Source: Pedosphaera sp.
GTDB lineage: Bacteria; Verrucomicrobiota; Verrucomicrobiia; Limisphaerales; SIBH01
Direction: 5' to 3'
DNA length: 37,420 nt
Assembly: GCA_031414955.1 (NCBI GenBank)
Contig: JANOQV010000100.1
Coordinates: forward strand, 1 to 37,420
This document shows, piece by piece, positions 29,410 to 37,420 of this stretch. The position numbers were made by a program, and so were the translations under genes. Every line of letters begins with the position of its first letter. The first letter of the stretch is position 1. The notes beneath the pieces were generated by a model. The model was given only the letters and a program-made list of their open reading frames with translations, was not told the DNA's origin and ran no database searches.

Positions 29410-29498
29410 GGGCGACATTCTCCGCCGGCTTTCTTTGAACGCCGGCCGGGTTTCGCAGTCCATTGGCCGGACCCACGGGACGCCCCGGGATTCCAGGC

Positions 29499-30176
29499 AT
29501 GATTCGACTCGTCCTCTTCGACATCGACGGCACGCTCATTCACACGAGCGGGGCCGGAGAAAAGGCTTTTGCCCGCGCCTTCGCAAATCTGTTCGGCATT
29601 TTTGAAGGCACGGAGAAACTCAAATTCGCCGGCCGGACCGACGTGGCCATCCTGCGCGAGTTCTTCCTCCAGAACGCGATTGAGCCGTCGCCGGAGCGCA
29701 TCGGGCAGTTCCTCGACGCCTACGTGTTTCTGCTCGATCACATGTTGCAGCAACTGCCCGGCGGCGCGCACCCTGGAGTCTGGAACTGGCTGCGCGAACT
29801 GCGCACCCTGCCCCACGCGCCCATCCTCGGTTTGCTCACTGGCAACATCCGGCTCGGCGCGGAGATTAAACTGAGGCAGTTCAACCTCTGGCCCGAGTTT
29901 GCGACCGGAGCCTTCGCCGACGACTCGGCCGAGCGCAACGAAATCGCCGCCATCGCCAAGCGGCGCGGCGAGACGTTGCTGGGCCGTCCGTTGCGCGGCG
30001 AAGAAGTGCTGGTCATCGGCGACACCCCGCTCGACATCGCCTGCGCCCGGGCCATTGGAGCGAAAGCGCTGGCCGTGGGCACCGGCCAATACCGCCGGTG
30101 CGACCTGCAACCACTCCAGCCCGACTGGGCGGTGGAGAACCTGGAGCAGATCAGCGCGCGGGAGATTTGCGGCTGA
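29499..30176 (+). CDS. HAD-family hydrolase (phosphoglycolate phosphatase-like)
   Basis: LFDIDGTL, FAGRTD, LLTGN, VIGDTPLD. Confidence 0.9.
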   Translation: MIRLVLFDIDGTLIHTSGAGEKAFARAFANLFGIFEGTEKLKFAGRTDVAILREFFLQNAIEPSPERIGQFLDAYVFLLDHMLQQLPGGAHPGVWNWLRELRTLPHAPILGLLTGNIRLGAEIKLRQFNLWPEFATGAFADDSAERNEIAAIAKRRGETLLGRPLRGEEVLVIGDTPLDIACARAIGAKALAVGTGQYRRCDLQPLQPDWAVENLEQISAREICG

Positions 30177-30221
30177 ACCAGCCGGCCCGGGCAAAGCTCG
30201 TATCCTACTCCGGGGAAACGA

Positions 30222-31805
30222 TCACCCCGCACTCAGCGTCGGCTTGAAACGCGGCTCCCGCCTCGCATGGGTCCGCTGCTCGAAGGCGTAGGCGAGTTTT
30301 ATCAACGTCCCTTCGCTCCAAGCCCGGCCCAAGAAGGAAAGGCCGATGGGCAGCCCGGCGTGTTCACCGGCGGGCACCGTGATGCTCGGATAACCCGCCA
30401 CCGCCGCCGGACTGGAACTGCCGCCTTCACCGCGATCACCATAAAGGTAATCGATGGTGCCAGCCGGACCCGAGGTCGGCGCGATGAGGGCGTCGAGGCG
30501 ATGCTGATCCATCACGGCATCGATTCCTTCCTTACCAGCGAGGCGTTTCGATTTGGCGACCGCATCCAAATACTCCGGTTCGGTCAGCGGCCCTTTGTCG
30601 CGGGCTTTGATCATCGTTTCCTGTCCGAAGAATGGCAGCTCACGATCCCGATGGCGTTCGTTGAAGGCAATGATGTCGTCGATGGTCCGCATGGGTGCGT
30701 TCGGGCCGAGTGAGGCCAGATAGGCGTTGAGGCCGGCCTTGAATTCGTAGAGAAGCACCAGTTGCTCGGCGGCCCCGAAGGAGGCACTGGCTGGCAGATC
30801 AGCCGGATCAATGATCTCCGCCCCCGCGCCTTTCATGACTTCGATGGCCGCCTCCAACACCTTGTTCGCGCGGGTGTTCGTCCCAAAATACTTCCGCGCC
30901 ACCCCGAGCCGTGCGCCCTTCAGTCCATGCGCATCGAGGAACCGGGCGTAATCCCTTTCCGGGCCCGGCTTGGTGGCCGGATCGCGCGGATCAACTCCGG
31001 CCAGAACACCCAGGGCGATGGCCGCATCGGACACGGTGCGAGCCATCGGCCCCGCTGTGTCCTGGCTGTGCGCGATGGGGATGATGCCGGCGCGGCTGAT
31101 CAGCCCGAGCGTCGGCTTGATGCCCACCACCCCACAATGCGAGGCCGGCGAAACGATGGAGCCATCCGTCTCGGTGCCCACCGCGAAGGCGCAGAGATTT
31201 GCCGACACGGCCACGGCGGAGCCGGAACTGGAGCCGGACGGATTGCGGTCGAGCACGTAAGGATTGCGCGTCTGTCCGCCGCGCCCGCTCCAGCCACTGG
31301 TGGAACGGCTGCCGCGAAAGTTGGCCCATTCGCTCAAGTTCGTTTTGCCGAGGATCACCGCGCCCGCCTCGCGCAGCTTGCGCGCAACCGTGGCGTCCTG
31401 AGGAGCAATGGAACCGAGCAACGCCAGCGAGCCGGCGGTGGTCATCATCTGGTCATGCGTATCGATGTTGTCCTTCAGCAACACGGGGATTCCGTGCAGC
31501 GGCCCGCGCGGACCCCGGGCTTTGCGCTCCGAGTCGAGTGCGTGCGCGCTGGCCAGCGCGTCGGGATTCAACTCGATGATCGCATTGAGCTTCGGCCCGT
31601 GACGGTCGATGGCTTCAATCCGGTCGAGATATCGGCGCGTCAGCGCAACGGCGGTTTCGCTTCCACCGCGCAGGGCCGCCTGGAGTTCGACGATGGTGGC
31701 TTCTTCCAGGCTGAAGGATCGGCGGCGCGGAGTGCTGACGCAACCCGGCATGAGAAGTTGCGCGGCGGCGAGGGAGCCGAGTTGGACAAAGGCGCGGCGG
31801 TTCAT
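30222..31805 (-). CDS. Amidase (amidase signature family), Tat-exported probable lipoprotein
   Basis: MNRRAFVQ Tat motif, LMPGC; LLKDNID, GKTNLSEWANFR, GSSSGSA, GTETDGSI. Confidence 0.93.
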   Translation of the reverse strand: MNRRAFVQLGSLAAAQLLMPGCVSTPRRRSFSLEEATIVELQAALRGGSETAVALTRRYLDRIEAIDRHGPKLNAIIELNPDALASAHALDSERKARGPRGPLHGIPVLLKDNIDTHDQMMTTAGSLALLGSIAPQDATVARKLREAGAVILGKTNLSEWANFRGSRSTSGWSGRGGQTRNPYVLDRNPSGSSSGSAVAVSANLCAFAVGTETDGSIVSPASHCGVVGIKPTLGLISRAGIIPIAHSQDTAGPMARTVSDAAIALGVLAGVDPRDPATKPGPERDYARFLDAHGLKGARLGVARKYFGTNTRANKVLEAAIEVMKGAGAEIIDPADLPASASFGAAEQLVLLYEFKAGLNAYLASLGPNAPMRTIDDIIAFNERHRDRELPFFGQETMIKARDKGPLTEPEYLDAVAKSKRLAGKEGIDAVMDQHRLDALIAPTSGPAGTIDYLYGDRGEGGSSSPAAVAGYPSITVPAGEHAGLPIGLSFLGRAWSEGTLIKLAYAFEQRTHARREPRFKPTLSAG

Positions 31806-31904
31806 GTGGGTTGAGGATATTCAACCAGCGTTCTGGCACCAGCTCCTTGCAGAATCCTGAAAGCGCTTGGGACAATATAAGGGGACGGGCGAGGGATGAA
31901 AGAA

Positions 31905-31990
31905 TGGTGGTAGGTGATGGATTCGAACCATCGAAGGCGTAAGCCAGCAGATTTACAGTCTGCCCCCGTTGGCCACTTGGGTAACCTACC
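31905..31990 (-). tRNA. tRNA-Tyr (GTA)
   Basis: GGTAGGTTACCCAAGTGGCCAACGGGG GCAGA CT GTA AA TCTGC; long variable arm; GGTTCGAATCC...ACCTACCACCA. Confidence 0.96.
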
Positions 31991-32076
31991 GTTCCCGTTC
32001 CCGGAAAAGCGGGGCGCAATATGGGCATCGGGTGGAGGGTTGTCAACGAATCGGCTCGAGATCCGGGAAATCTCAG

Positions 32077-32292
32077 GAGGTATCCGAACCTTTGGGCTGG
32101 GCTCAGATTCGTATCTTACCATTTCTCCATCGTCGAGGGCGGGGAGGTGAACCGCTCGTCAAATTTTACGGCAAACCGATGCGCCGCCGCACCCCAGTGC
32201 GGCGAGGTCGTTTTCCAAGACACCACGGTGTGGCGCAACGCGAAATACTTCAGCTGGCCCGCAGCCTCCGGCGCGGGATGAAAACGGGTCAC
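32077..32292 (-). mobile_element. Probable IS256-family relic (transposase C-terminus and right end)
   Basis: 32292..32116 translates as VTRFHPAPEAAGQLKYFALRHTVVSWKTTSPHWGAAAHRFAVKFDERFT..., similar to the recalled IS256 C-terminal pattern FPxxEAAxKLxYLALRN...W...W.AA.NQFA..F.ERF; possible end TTCGGATACCTC. Confidence 0.55.
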
Positions 32293-32308
32293 CAATTTGA
32301 AACCGGAT

Positions 32309-33799
32309 CTACACTGCCACCGCCAGCTTGCGCAGCTCGGTCTTCAGGATTTTGCCCGTGGCGTTGCGGGGCAGGGCGGGGAGGACGTGGACGTGCTTGG
32401 GCACTTTGTAGTCAGCCAACCGCTCACGGATGAAGTGCTGGATGGCCTTGGCGTCGAGCGTCGCGCCTTCCTTCGCGGAGACGTAGGCCACAGGTTGCTC
32501 GCCACGGCGCGCGTCGGGCACGCCGATGACGGCCGCCTCCTTCACCCCGGGGAACTGGTAGAGGATCTCCTCGATCTCGCGCGGGTAAACATTGATGCCG
32601 TTGACCAGCAGCATGTCCTTCTTGCGATCGGTGATGAAGAAGCAGCCGTCCGCGTCACCGTGTCCGATGTCGCCGGTGAGCAGCCAGCCGGCGCGAAGCG
32701 CCCGGGCGGTCTCCTCGGGCTGGTTCCAGTAGCCCAGCATCACGTTCGCGCCGCGCACGCAGATTTCGCCGGTCTGGCCGGGTACGAGCATTTTCCCGTC
32801 GTCATCCTGCACGCTGACTTCCACTCCTGGAATCGCCAGGCCGATGGAGCCGGGCTTCCGCGGCCCGCGGATCGGGTTGAGGGTCACGACCGGGCTGGCT
32901 TCGCTCAGGCCGTAGCCCTCGATGAGCGGCACGGGCATGCGCTCGGTGAACTCCTTGAGAATCTCCGCCGGCAAAGGTGCGCCGCCACTGATGCAGAGGC
33001 GGAGTGGGAATCCCTCCGGCGCTCCGGCGTGGGCCAGGGCGCGAAAAAATTGCGGCACGGCGGGCAGAATGGTGGCGCGACGTTGAAAGATTTCCGCGAT
33101 GACGTTCTTGGGCGGATGGACCGACTTGATCAACAACATCGAGCCGCCCACGAAGAGGGGCAGCAACATGCCGACCGTCATCATGAAGCTGTGGAACATG
33201 GGCAGCAGCACGACGAACCGATCGTGGTCCACGGCGGCCAGCATCTGGCGGCAGCTCTCGACATTGGCCAGCAGGTTGGCGTGCGAGAGCATCGCGCCCT
33301 TGGGATGGCCGGTGGTGCCCGAGGTGTAGATGAGCACGGCCAGTTCATCCCGCTGCGGCCCTCCGTGCCCGGCCGGAATCGACACCGCTTGACCATCCGC
33401 CGCCGCGCAGTCCTCGGCGCGCATAAGGCGCAATTGGGGGACCAACTCCGCGAGCTTCCCGGCCGCCTCGCTCATGCTGGCATCCACGATCACCGTGGTG
33501 ACACCGGCATCGCCGAGAATGAACTTCACCTCCTCCGGCTTGAGGAAATTGTTAATCGGCACCACCACTCCGCCGGCCAGTTGCACGCCGAAAAACGCCG
33601 GGATGAACTCCGGGCAGTTTTTCATCCAGAGCGCGACGCGGTCGCCCGGTTTGATTCCGAACTCGCCCGCCAGCCGCGCGGCGACGTGGGCGGCGCGCTG
33701 GAGCAACAGCGCGTAGGTGAACTCCTCGTCGCCCCAGAAGACGGCGGTTTTAGCCGCGTGGCAGCGCGCGGCCGTGATGAAAGCGGTGGCCAGGTTCAT
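32309..33799 (-). CDS. Long-chain-fatty-acid--CoA ligase (ANL family)
   Basis: YTSGTTGHPKG, EGYGLSEASP, TGDIG, DRKKD, PRNATGKILK. Confidence 0.92.
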   Translation of the reverse strand: MNLATAFITAARCHAAKTAVFWGDEEFTYALLLQRAAHVAARLAGEFGIKPGDRVALWMKNCPEFIPAFFGVQLAGGVVVPINNFLKPEEVKFILGDAGVTTVIVDASMSEAAGKLAELVPQLRLMRAEDCAAADGQAVSIPAGHGGPQRDELAVLIYTSGTTGHPKGAMLSHANLLANVESCRQMLAAVDHDRFVVLLPMFHSFMMTVGMLLPLFVGGSMLLIKSVHPPKNVIAEIFQRRATILPAVPQFFRALAHAGAPEGFPLRLCISGGAPLPAEILKEFTERMPVPLIEGYGLSEASPVVTLNPIRGPRKPGSIGLAIPGVEVSVQDDDGKMLVPGQTGEICVRGANVMLGYWNQPEETARALRAGWLLTGDIGHGDADGCFFITDRKKDMLLVNGINVYPREIEEILYQFPGVKEAAVIGVPDARRGEQPVAYVSAKEGATLDAKAIQHFIRERLADYKVPKHVHVLPALPRNATGKILKTELRKLAVAV

Positions 33800-33905
33800 T
33801 GGTATGGAGGGATTGAACCGCCCTCGACTTCGCGAGGTCAAGCCCGAGGGCGGGAGAAAGGGGAGGCGATGGAAAGTGACGCGCACCGAGTGCGCCACCG
33901 TCGGC

Positions 33906-33963
33906 TTGGAATGCTTGGGGCCTGGAGGTTATTTGCCATTTGGATTTTGAAGTTTGGAAATTC
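33906..33963. repeat. Degenerate single arm of the heptad element at 14606-14728
   Basis: TTGGAATGCTTGGGGCCTGGAGGTTATTTGCCATTTGGATTTTGAAGTTTGGAAATTC parallels 14680-14728. Confidence 0.55.
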
Positions 33964-33990
33964 TCCCGCGCGCCGCCCATACTCACGCTC

Positions 33991-35037
33991 GTGATTGATA
34001 CGGAAGAGAAATTGGCCGGGTTGCTCCCGGCTTTGCGCGCGGTGCCCTGGCTCGCACTGGACACGGAAGCGGACAGCCTGCACGCCTATCCGGAGAAGCT
34101 CTGCCTGGTCCAAATCAGCGGCGAGGGCGTGGAGGCGCTCGTCGATCCGCTGGCCGGACTGGACCTGGCTCCGCTGCTGACCATCTTCGGCGACCACGAG
34201 CTGATCATGCACGGGTCGGACTACGATCTGCGCCTGTTGCGCAAGACGTTCGACTTCAAGCCCAAGGCGATTTTTGACACCATGCTGGCCGCGCGCCTGA
34301 TCGGCTGCCGCGAGTTCGGCCTGGGCAACTTGGTGGCGAATTTCCTCGGGGTGAAGCTGGAGAAAGGCCCGCAGAAGGCCGACTGGGCCCGCCGCCCGCT
34401 CACTCCGCGCATGGAGGAATACGCGCGCAACGACACGCGCTTCCTCAAGCCGCTGGCCGACCAGTTGCGGCAGAAACTCCAGGACAAGGGCCGCCTGGCC
34501 TGGCACGAGGAAAGTTGCCGGCGGCTCATCGAGGAATGCTCCGTGGTCAAGACCCCCGATCCCGATTTGGTCTGGCGGGTCAAGGGCAGCTACCATCTCG
34601 GTCCGGCCGCGCTGGCCGTGCTGCGCGCGCTGTGGCAATGGCGCGAGCAGGAGGCCGTGGCCGCGAACCGTCCGCCCTATTTCATCCTGCAACCCGAGGC
34701 CATGATTGAAATGTCCCTCGCCACCGTGGAGCGCCGGTCGTTACAGCATTTCATCCCCAGCCGGTTTTCACCGCGCCGTCGTTCCACCCTGATCCAGGCG
34801 GCGCAAGACGGCCTGCACACGACGGACAAGCCGCGCCTCATCCACACGCCGCATTACCGGCAGACCGCCGAGGAGAAGCGCCGCTACCACGAGTTGGAGA
34901 AGCAACGCAACCAGCACGCCCACGAGCTCGAACTCGACCCGACCATCATCGCCAGCCGTTCCGAGCTGGTGCAGATCGCTCGTGGCGAGCCGGGCTTCGA
35001 GGGCTTGATGCAGTGGCAGACCCAGTTGCTGAAGTAG
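33991..35037 (+). CDS. rnd: Ribonuclease D (DEDDy 3'-5' exonuclease with HRDC domain)
   Basis: ALDTEADSLHAY, HGSDYD, FDTMLAAR, ADWARRPL..M.EYARND, WREQEAVAANRPPYFIL. Confidence 0.92.
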   Translation: MIDTEEKLAGLLPALRAVPWLALDTEADSLHAYPEKLCLVQISGEGVEALVDPLAGLDLAPLLTIFGDHELIMHGSDYDLRLLRKTFDFKPKAIFDTMLAARLIGCREFGLGNLVANFLGVKLEKGPQKADWARRPLTPRMEEYARNDTRFLKPLADQLRQKLQDKGRLAWHEESCRRLIEECSVVKTPDPDLVWRVKGSYHLGPAALAVLRALWQWREQEAVAANRPPYFILQPEAMIEMSLATVERRSLQHFIPSRFSPRRRSTLIQAAQDGLHTTDKPRLIHTPHYRQTAEEKRRYHELEKQRNQHAHELELDPTIIASRSELVQIARGEPGFEGLMQWQTQLLK

Positions 35038-35124
35038 GGGTGGGACACGCCCCCCGACACTCGGAGGATTCGGGCCGGGCCGGGCCGCACATCCGCCGCC
35101 ATCCGCGCCCTCAGCCACCCGGCT

Positions 35125-36336
35125 CTATTTCGCTTCCACGAGTTCGTAGATTCTTCCTTGGACCGTGCCTTCAAAGACGAGCACGCACAATTCGCCGTCG
35201 TTGTCCTCGCCAAAGCTCGCCACGCTGCGGGCCGCCGCGCCTTTGGGCGTGGCGTAGAGCACGCCCTGCTCCACCACCCGGCCATTCCCATCGCGCCGCA
35301 GCGCCCAGATCGTGCCGGCGGCGAAATCCGCATAGACGTAGCAGCCACGCAAGGCCGGCAACTTCGTCCCGCGATAAACATAGCCGCCCGTGATGCTCAA
35401 CCCGGGACGGTGCGTGCTCTTCGGATCGTAGATCGCCAGGTGCGGGTACTCGATGATCGGGGGGATAAAGCGCGCGTCCGCCGGCGGCAGTCCGTTGGTC
35501 TTGAAGTCGTGGAAGCCCTCGCGCCAGTTCCAGCCGTAATTGCCGCCGCGCACGATCAGGTTCACCTCCTCAAACTTGTTCTGCCCGACATCACCGGCCC
35601 AGCACTGGCCGGTCTCGCGGTCGAAGCTGAAGCGCCAGACATTGCGCAACCCGTAAGCCCAAATCTCGCCGCGCACGCCGCCGCCTTTGTTCGCAAAAGG
35701 ATTATCCCGCGGAATACCGTAGGGCAGGAGGCTGGAACTCGTGTTGACATCCAGGCGGATGATCTTGCCGAGGAGTGTCTTGAGATTCTGACCGTTCTCC
35801 TTCGGATCGTTGGCGCTGCCACCATCGCCGAAGCTGACGTAAAGGAAACCGTCCGGCCCGAACAGAATACCGCCGCCTTTGTGGTTGGAGAAGGGCTGCG
35901 CCTGATCAATCAGCACCCGTTCGCTGGCGGGATCGGCCTGGGTCGGGTCGGCCTTCGACATACGAAATTCGCTGACCACGCTGCGGCGGGCCGGATTGGT
36001 CTGGGTGTAATGGACGAAGCAGCGGCCGTTGGCGGCAAACTGCGGATGGAAGGCCAGGCCGAGCAATCCTTCCTCGTTGCTGGTGTAGGGATGCCGGTCC
36101 GTGAGATCGAGGAACACCGGGGCATTGGTGGCGTCTGGCTGCGCAGGGAGGAGGAGCACGCGCCCCCGCTGTTCGACCACGACCTTGCGGCCGGAGCCAT
36201 CCGGCAGGGCGGCGAACCACACCGGACGTTGCACGGCCAGGTTCGGCCAGAGCGGGCGCAGATCCAGGTTCGGCAGCGCGCCGCGGGTCGAACAGGCCAC
36301 GAGCAGAATCGTCAGAGGCAGGAGCAGGTTTTTCAT
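35125..36336 (-). CDS. PQQ-dependent sugar dehydrogenase (glucose/sorbosone dehydrogenase family)
   Basis: EEGLLGLAFHPQF, NHKGG..FGPDGFLY..FGDGG, AYGLRNVWRFSFD, SITGGYVYRG; signal peptide MKNLLLPLTILLVAC. Confidence 0.92.
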   Translation of the reverse strand: MKNLLLPLTILLVACSTRGALPNLDLRPLWPNLAVQRPVWFAALPDGSGRKVVVEQRGRVLLLPAQPDATNAPVFLDLTDRHPYTSNEEGLLGLAFHPQFAANGRCFVHYTQTNPARRSVVSEFRMSKADPTQADPASERVLIDQAQPFSNHKGGGILFGPDGFLYVSFGDGGSANDPKENGQNLKTLLGKIIRLDVNTSSSLLPYGIPRDNPFANKGGGVRGEIWAYGLRNVWRFSFDRETGQCWAGDVGQNKFEEVNLIVRGGNYGWNWREGFHDFKTNGLPPADARFIPPIIEYPHLAIYDPKSTHRPGLSITGGYVYRGTKLPALRGCYVYADFAAGTIWALRRDGNGRVVEQGVLYATPKGAAARSVASFGEDNDGELCVLVFEGTVQGRIYELVEAK

Positions 36337-36490
36337 GCGCCGAAACAAACAGAAGCCGCGCGGCGCGAAAACATCAAAGTGCGGAGGGCAGGCTCCCGCG
36401 GCCACTTCGGGAGGAGAATGCCGCGGGGCGGCTTTGCGCGGCGGCGCGTACGCTCCGTCCTCGAAGCCAACAAAACGCCGGCCATCCCGG

Positions 36491-36532
36491 AAAAAAAGAG
36501 AACCGGCGAAGCCTGGGGAGCTCCGCCGGTTC
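36491..36532 (-). terminator. Rho-independent terminator
   Basis: Minus strand GAACCGGCGGAGC-TCCCCAG-GCTTCGCCGGTTC followed by TCTTTTTTT, downstream of the 36604 gene. Confidence 0.8.
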
Positions 36533-36603
36533 CAACGCAACCACGCCCTTGGTTTGATCGAACGTGGTTAATCAATTGCCGCTTGGGTCGCGGCGTGAAC
36601 TCA

Positions 36604-37420
36604 TCATGGCACGATGACGCGGAAGACTTTGGCGCCCGGGCCTGTGGTTGGCGTGAATGACAGCACACCGCCGGTACCCACCTGGGGCACACCGTCGTTG
36701 GCCCAACCCGCCGGCAACGTGCCCACGTCGGTGGCGGATTGAAGTTGATACAGAACTCCGCTCTCGGAGACGAAGCTGATCGTGATCAGGCCCACCCCGC
36801 GCTCCACCGCCAGCGTGGGCTGGCCAGGGGTGGGAGGTTGCACCGTGATGGCGCGAGGATTGCCACCGCCCGAGCCGGTGAGGATGCGGTATTCACCCAA
36901 CGCCGTCCAATCACTGGCCCAGTTCACACTGCCAAACGCGCCGAGGTGGCCGGCCGAGGTGAGACTGCCGGGGGCGGCCGCCACGTTCGCGGCATTCAAC
37001 GCCGGACTGCCCGCCTGCGGACGCGGGTCGAGCAACAGCCCGACGTTGGTGCGGGAGATGAAGGTAAGCTGCGGGTTGCTGATCAAGTTGGTCAGGCTGG
37101 TGTCGGTCCAGTAGTTGGTCGCCACCGTGTTGCGGCCCAGGTTGGTCGCCGTGTTGTTGATGTTGGCCGTGGCCGAGCCAGTCACAAAATCCCACCACAG
37201 CGTGTTGTGCAACTGCGCATAACCCCCCGTCACCGCCTGCGCCGCATTCACTCCGTTCTGCGTGTCCACCACGATCCCCCGCTCGTTGAAGTCCGTGAAG
37301 ATCGAGTTGTAGATCTTCGGCCCCACCCACGGACGCAGTCCGATGGCCGCGTTGTTGCCGCCGCTCGAAACCGTGTTCGCCGCCCCGGACCCGATGATGG
37401 TCATGTTGTAAACCTTGAAG
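36604..37420 (-). CDS. Secreted beta-helix-like surface protein, 5'-truncated by the window edge
   Basis: Open frame to the edge; YNMTIIGSG, IYNSIF, LDPRPQAGSPAL...GAFG..NW..DWT; C-terminal YQLQ...W...FRV domain. Confidence 0.75.
   Translation of the reverse strand, partial: FKVYNMTIIGSGAANTVSSGGNNAAIGLRPWVGPKIYNSIFTDFNERGIVVDTQNGVNAAQAVTGGYAQLHNTLWWDFVTGSATANINNTATNLGRNTVATNYWTDTSLTNLISNPQLTFISRTNVGLLLDPRPQAGSPALNAANVAAAPGSLTSAGHLGAFGSVNWASDWTALGEYRILTGSGGGNPRAITVQPPTPGQPTLAVERGVGLITISFVSESGVLYQLQSATDVGTLPAGWANDGVPQVGTGGVLSFTPTTGPGAKVFRVIVP

Noticed and set aside
11381..36660. Long antisense or alternate-frame ORFs (e.g. 11381..13105, 15128..16672, 16718..18418, 22303..24390, 32297..33994, 35158..36660)
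   Set aside because: Shadow ORFs of high-GC genes with no recognisable motifs, overlapping well-supported CDSs
1..37420. CRISPR array, rRNA, integrase or prophage at the tRNAs
   Set aside because: No regularly spaced repeat-spacer units, rRNA motifs, integrase or duplicated tRNA 3' ends were seen

Overview
GC-rich bacterial window whose gene content and repeats suggest Verrucomicrobiota (Pedosphaerales/Limisphaerales-like); this is inferred, not searched. The housekeeping backbone is a flavodoxin, bioD, a kdgK-like kinase, cimA, a Gfo/Idh/MocA oxidoreductase, tRNA-His, a Lon-N protein, a HAD hydrolase, a Tat amidase, tRNA-Tyr, an acyl-CoA ligase, rnd and a PQQ sugar dehydrogenase. Accessory DNA interrupts it. 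(1) A ccoI-type P-ATPase is cut just after its DKT motif and fused in frame to a DsbD_2/TauE-type membrane protein. (2) A ~9.5 kb tandem array of [XRE-HTH(-) | secreted WD40(+) | conserved spacer | secreted modular protein(+)] cassettes shares one internal module present in three copies; one WD40 gene is frameshifted at a G12 tract and the LTD/CotH gene has an in-frame TGA. (3) A large S8 protease, three pilin-like genes and a membrane-anchored double HPt-REC regulator. (4) An ORF-less group II intron inside a tiny element with IS5-like inverted repeats. (5) A probable IS256 3' relic near tRNA-Tyr, plus several REP-like palindromes. No CRISPR array or rRNA was seen.
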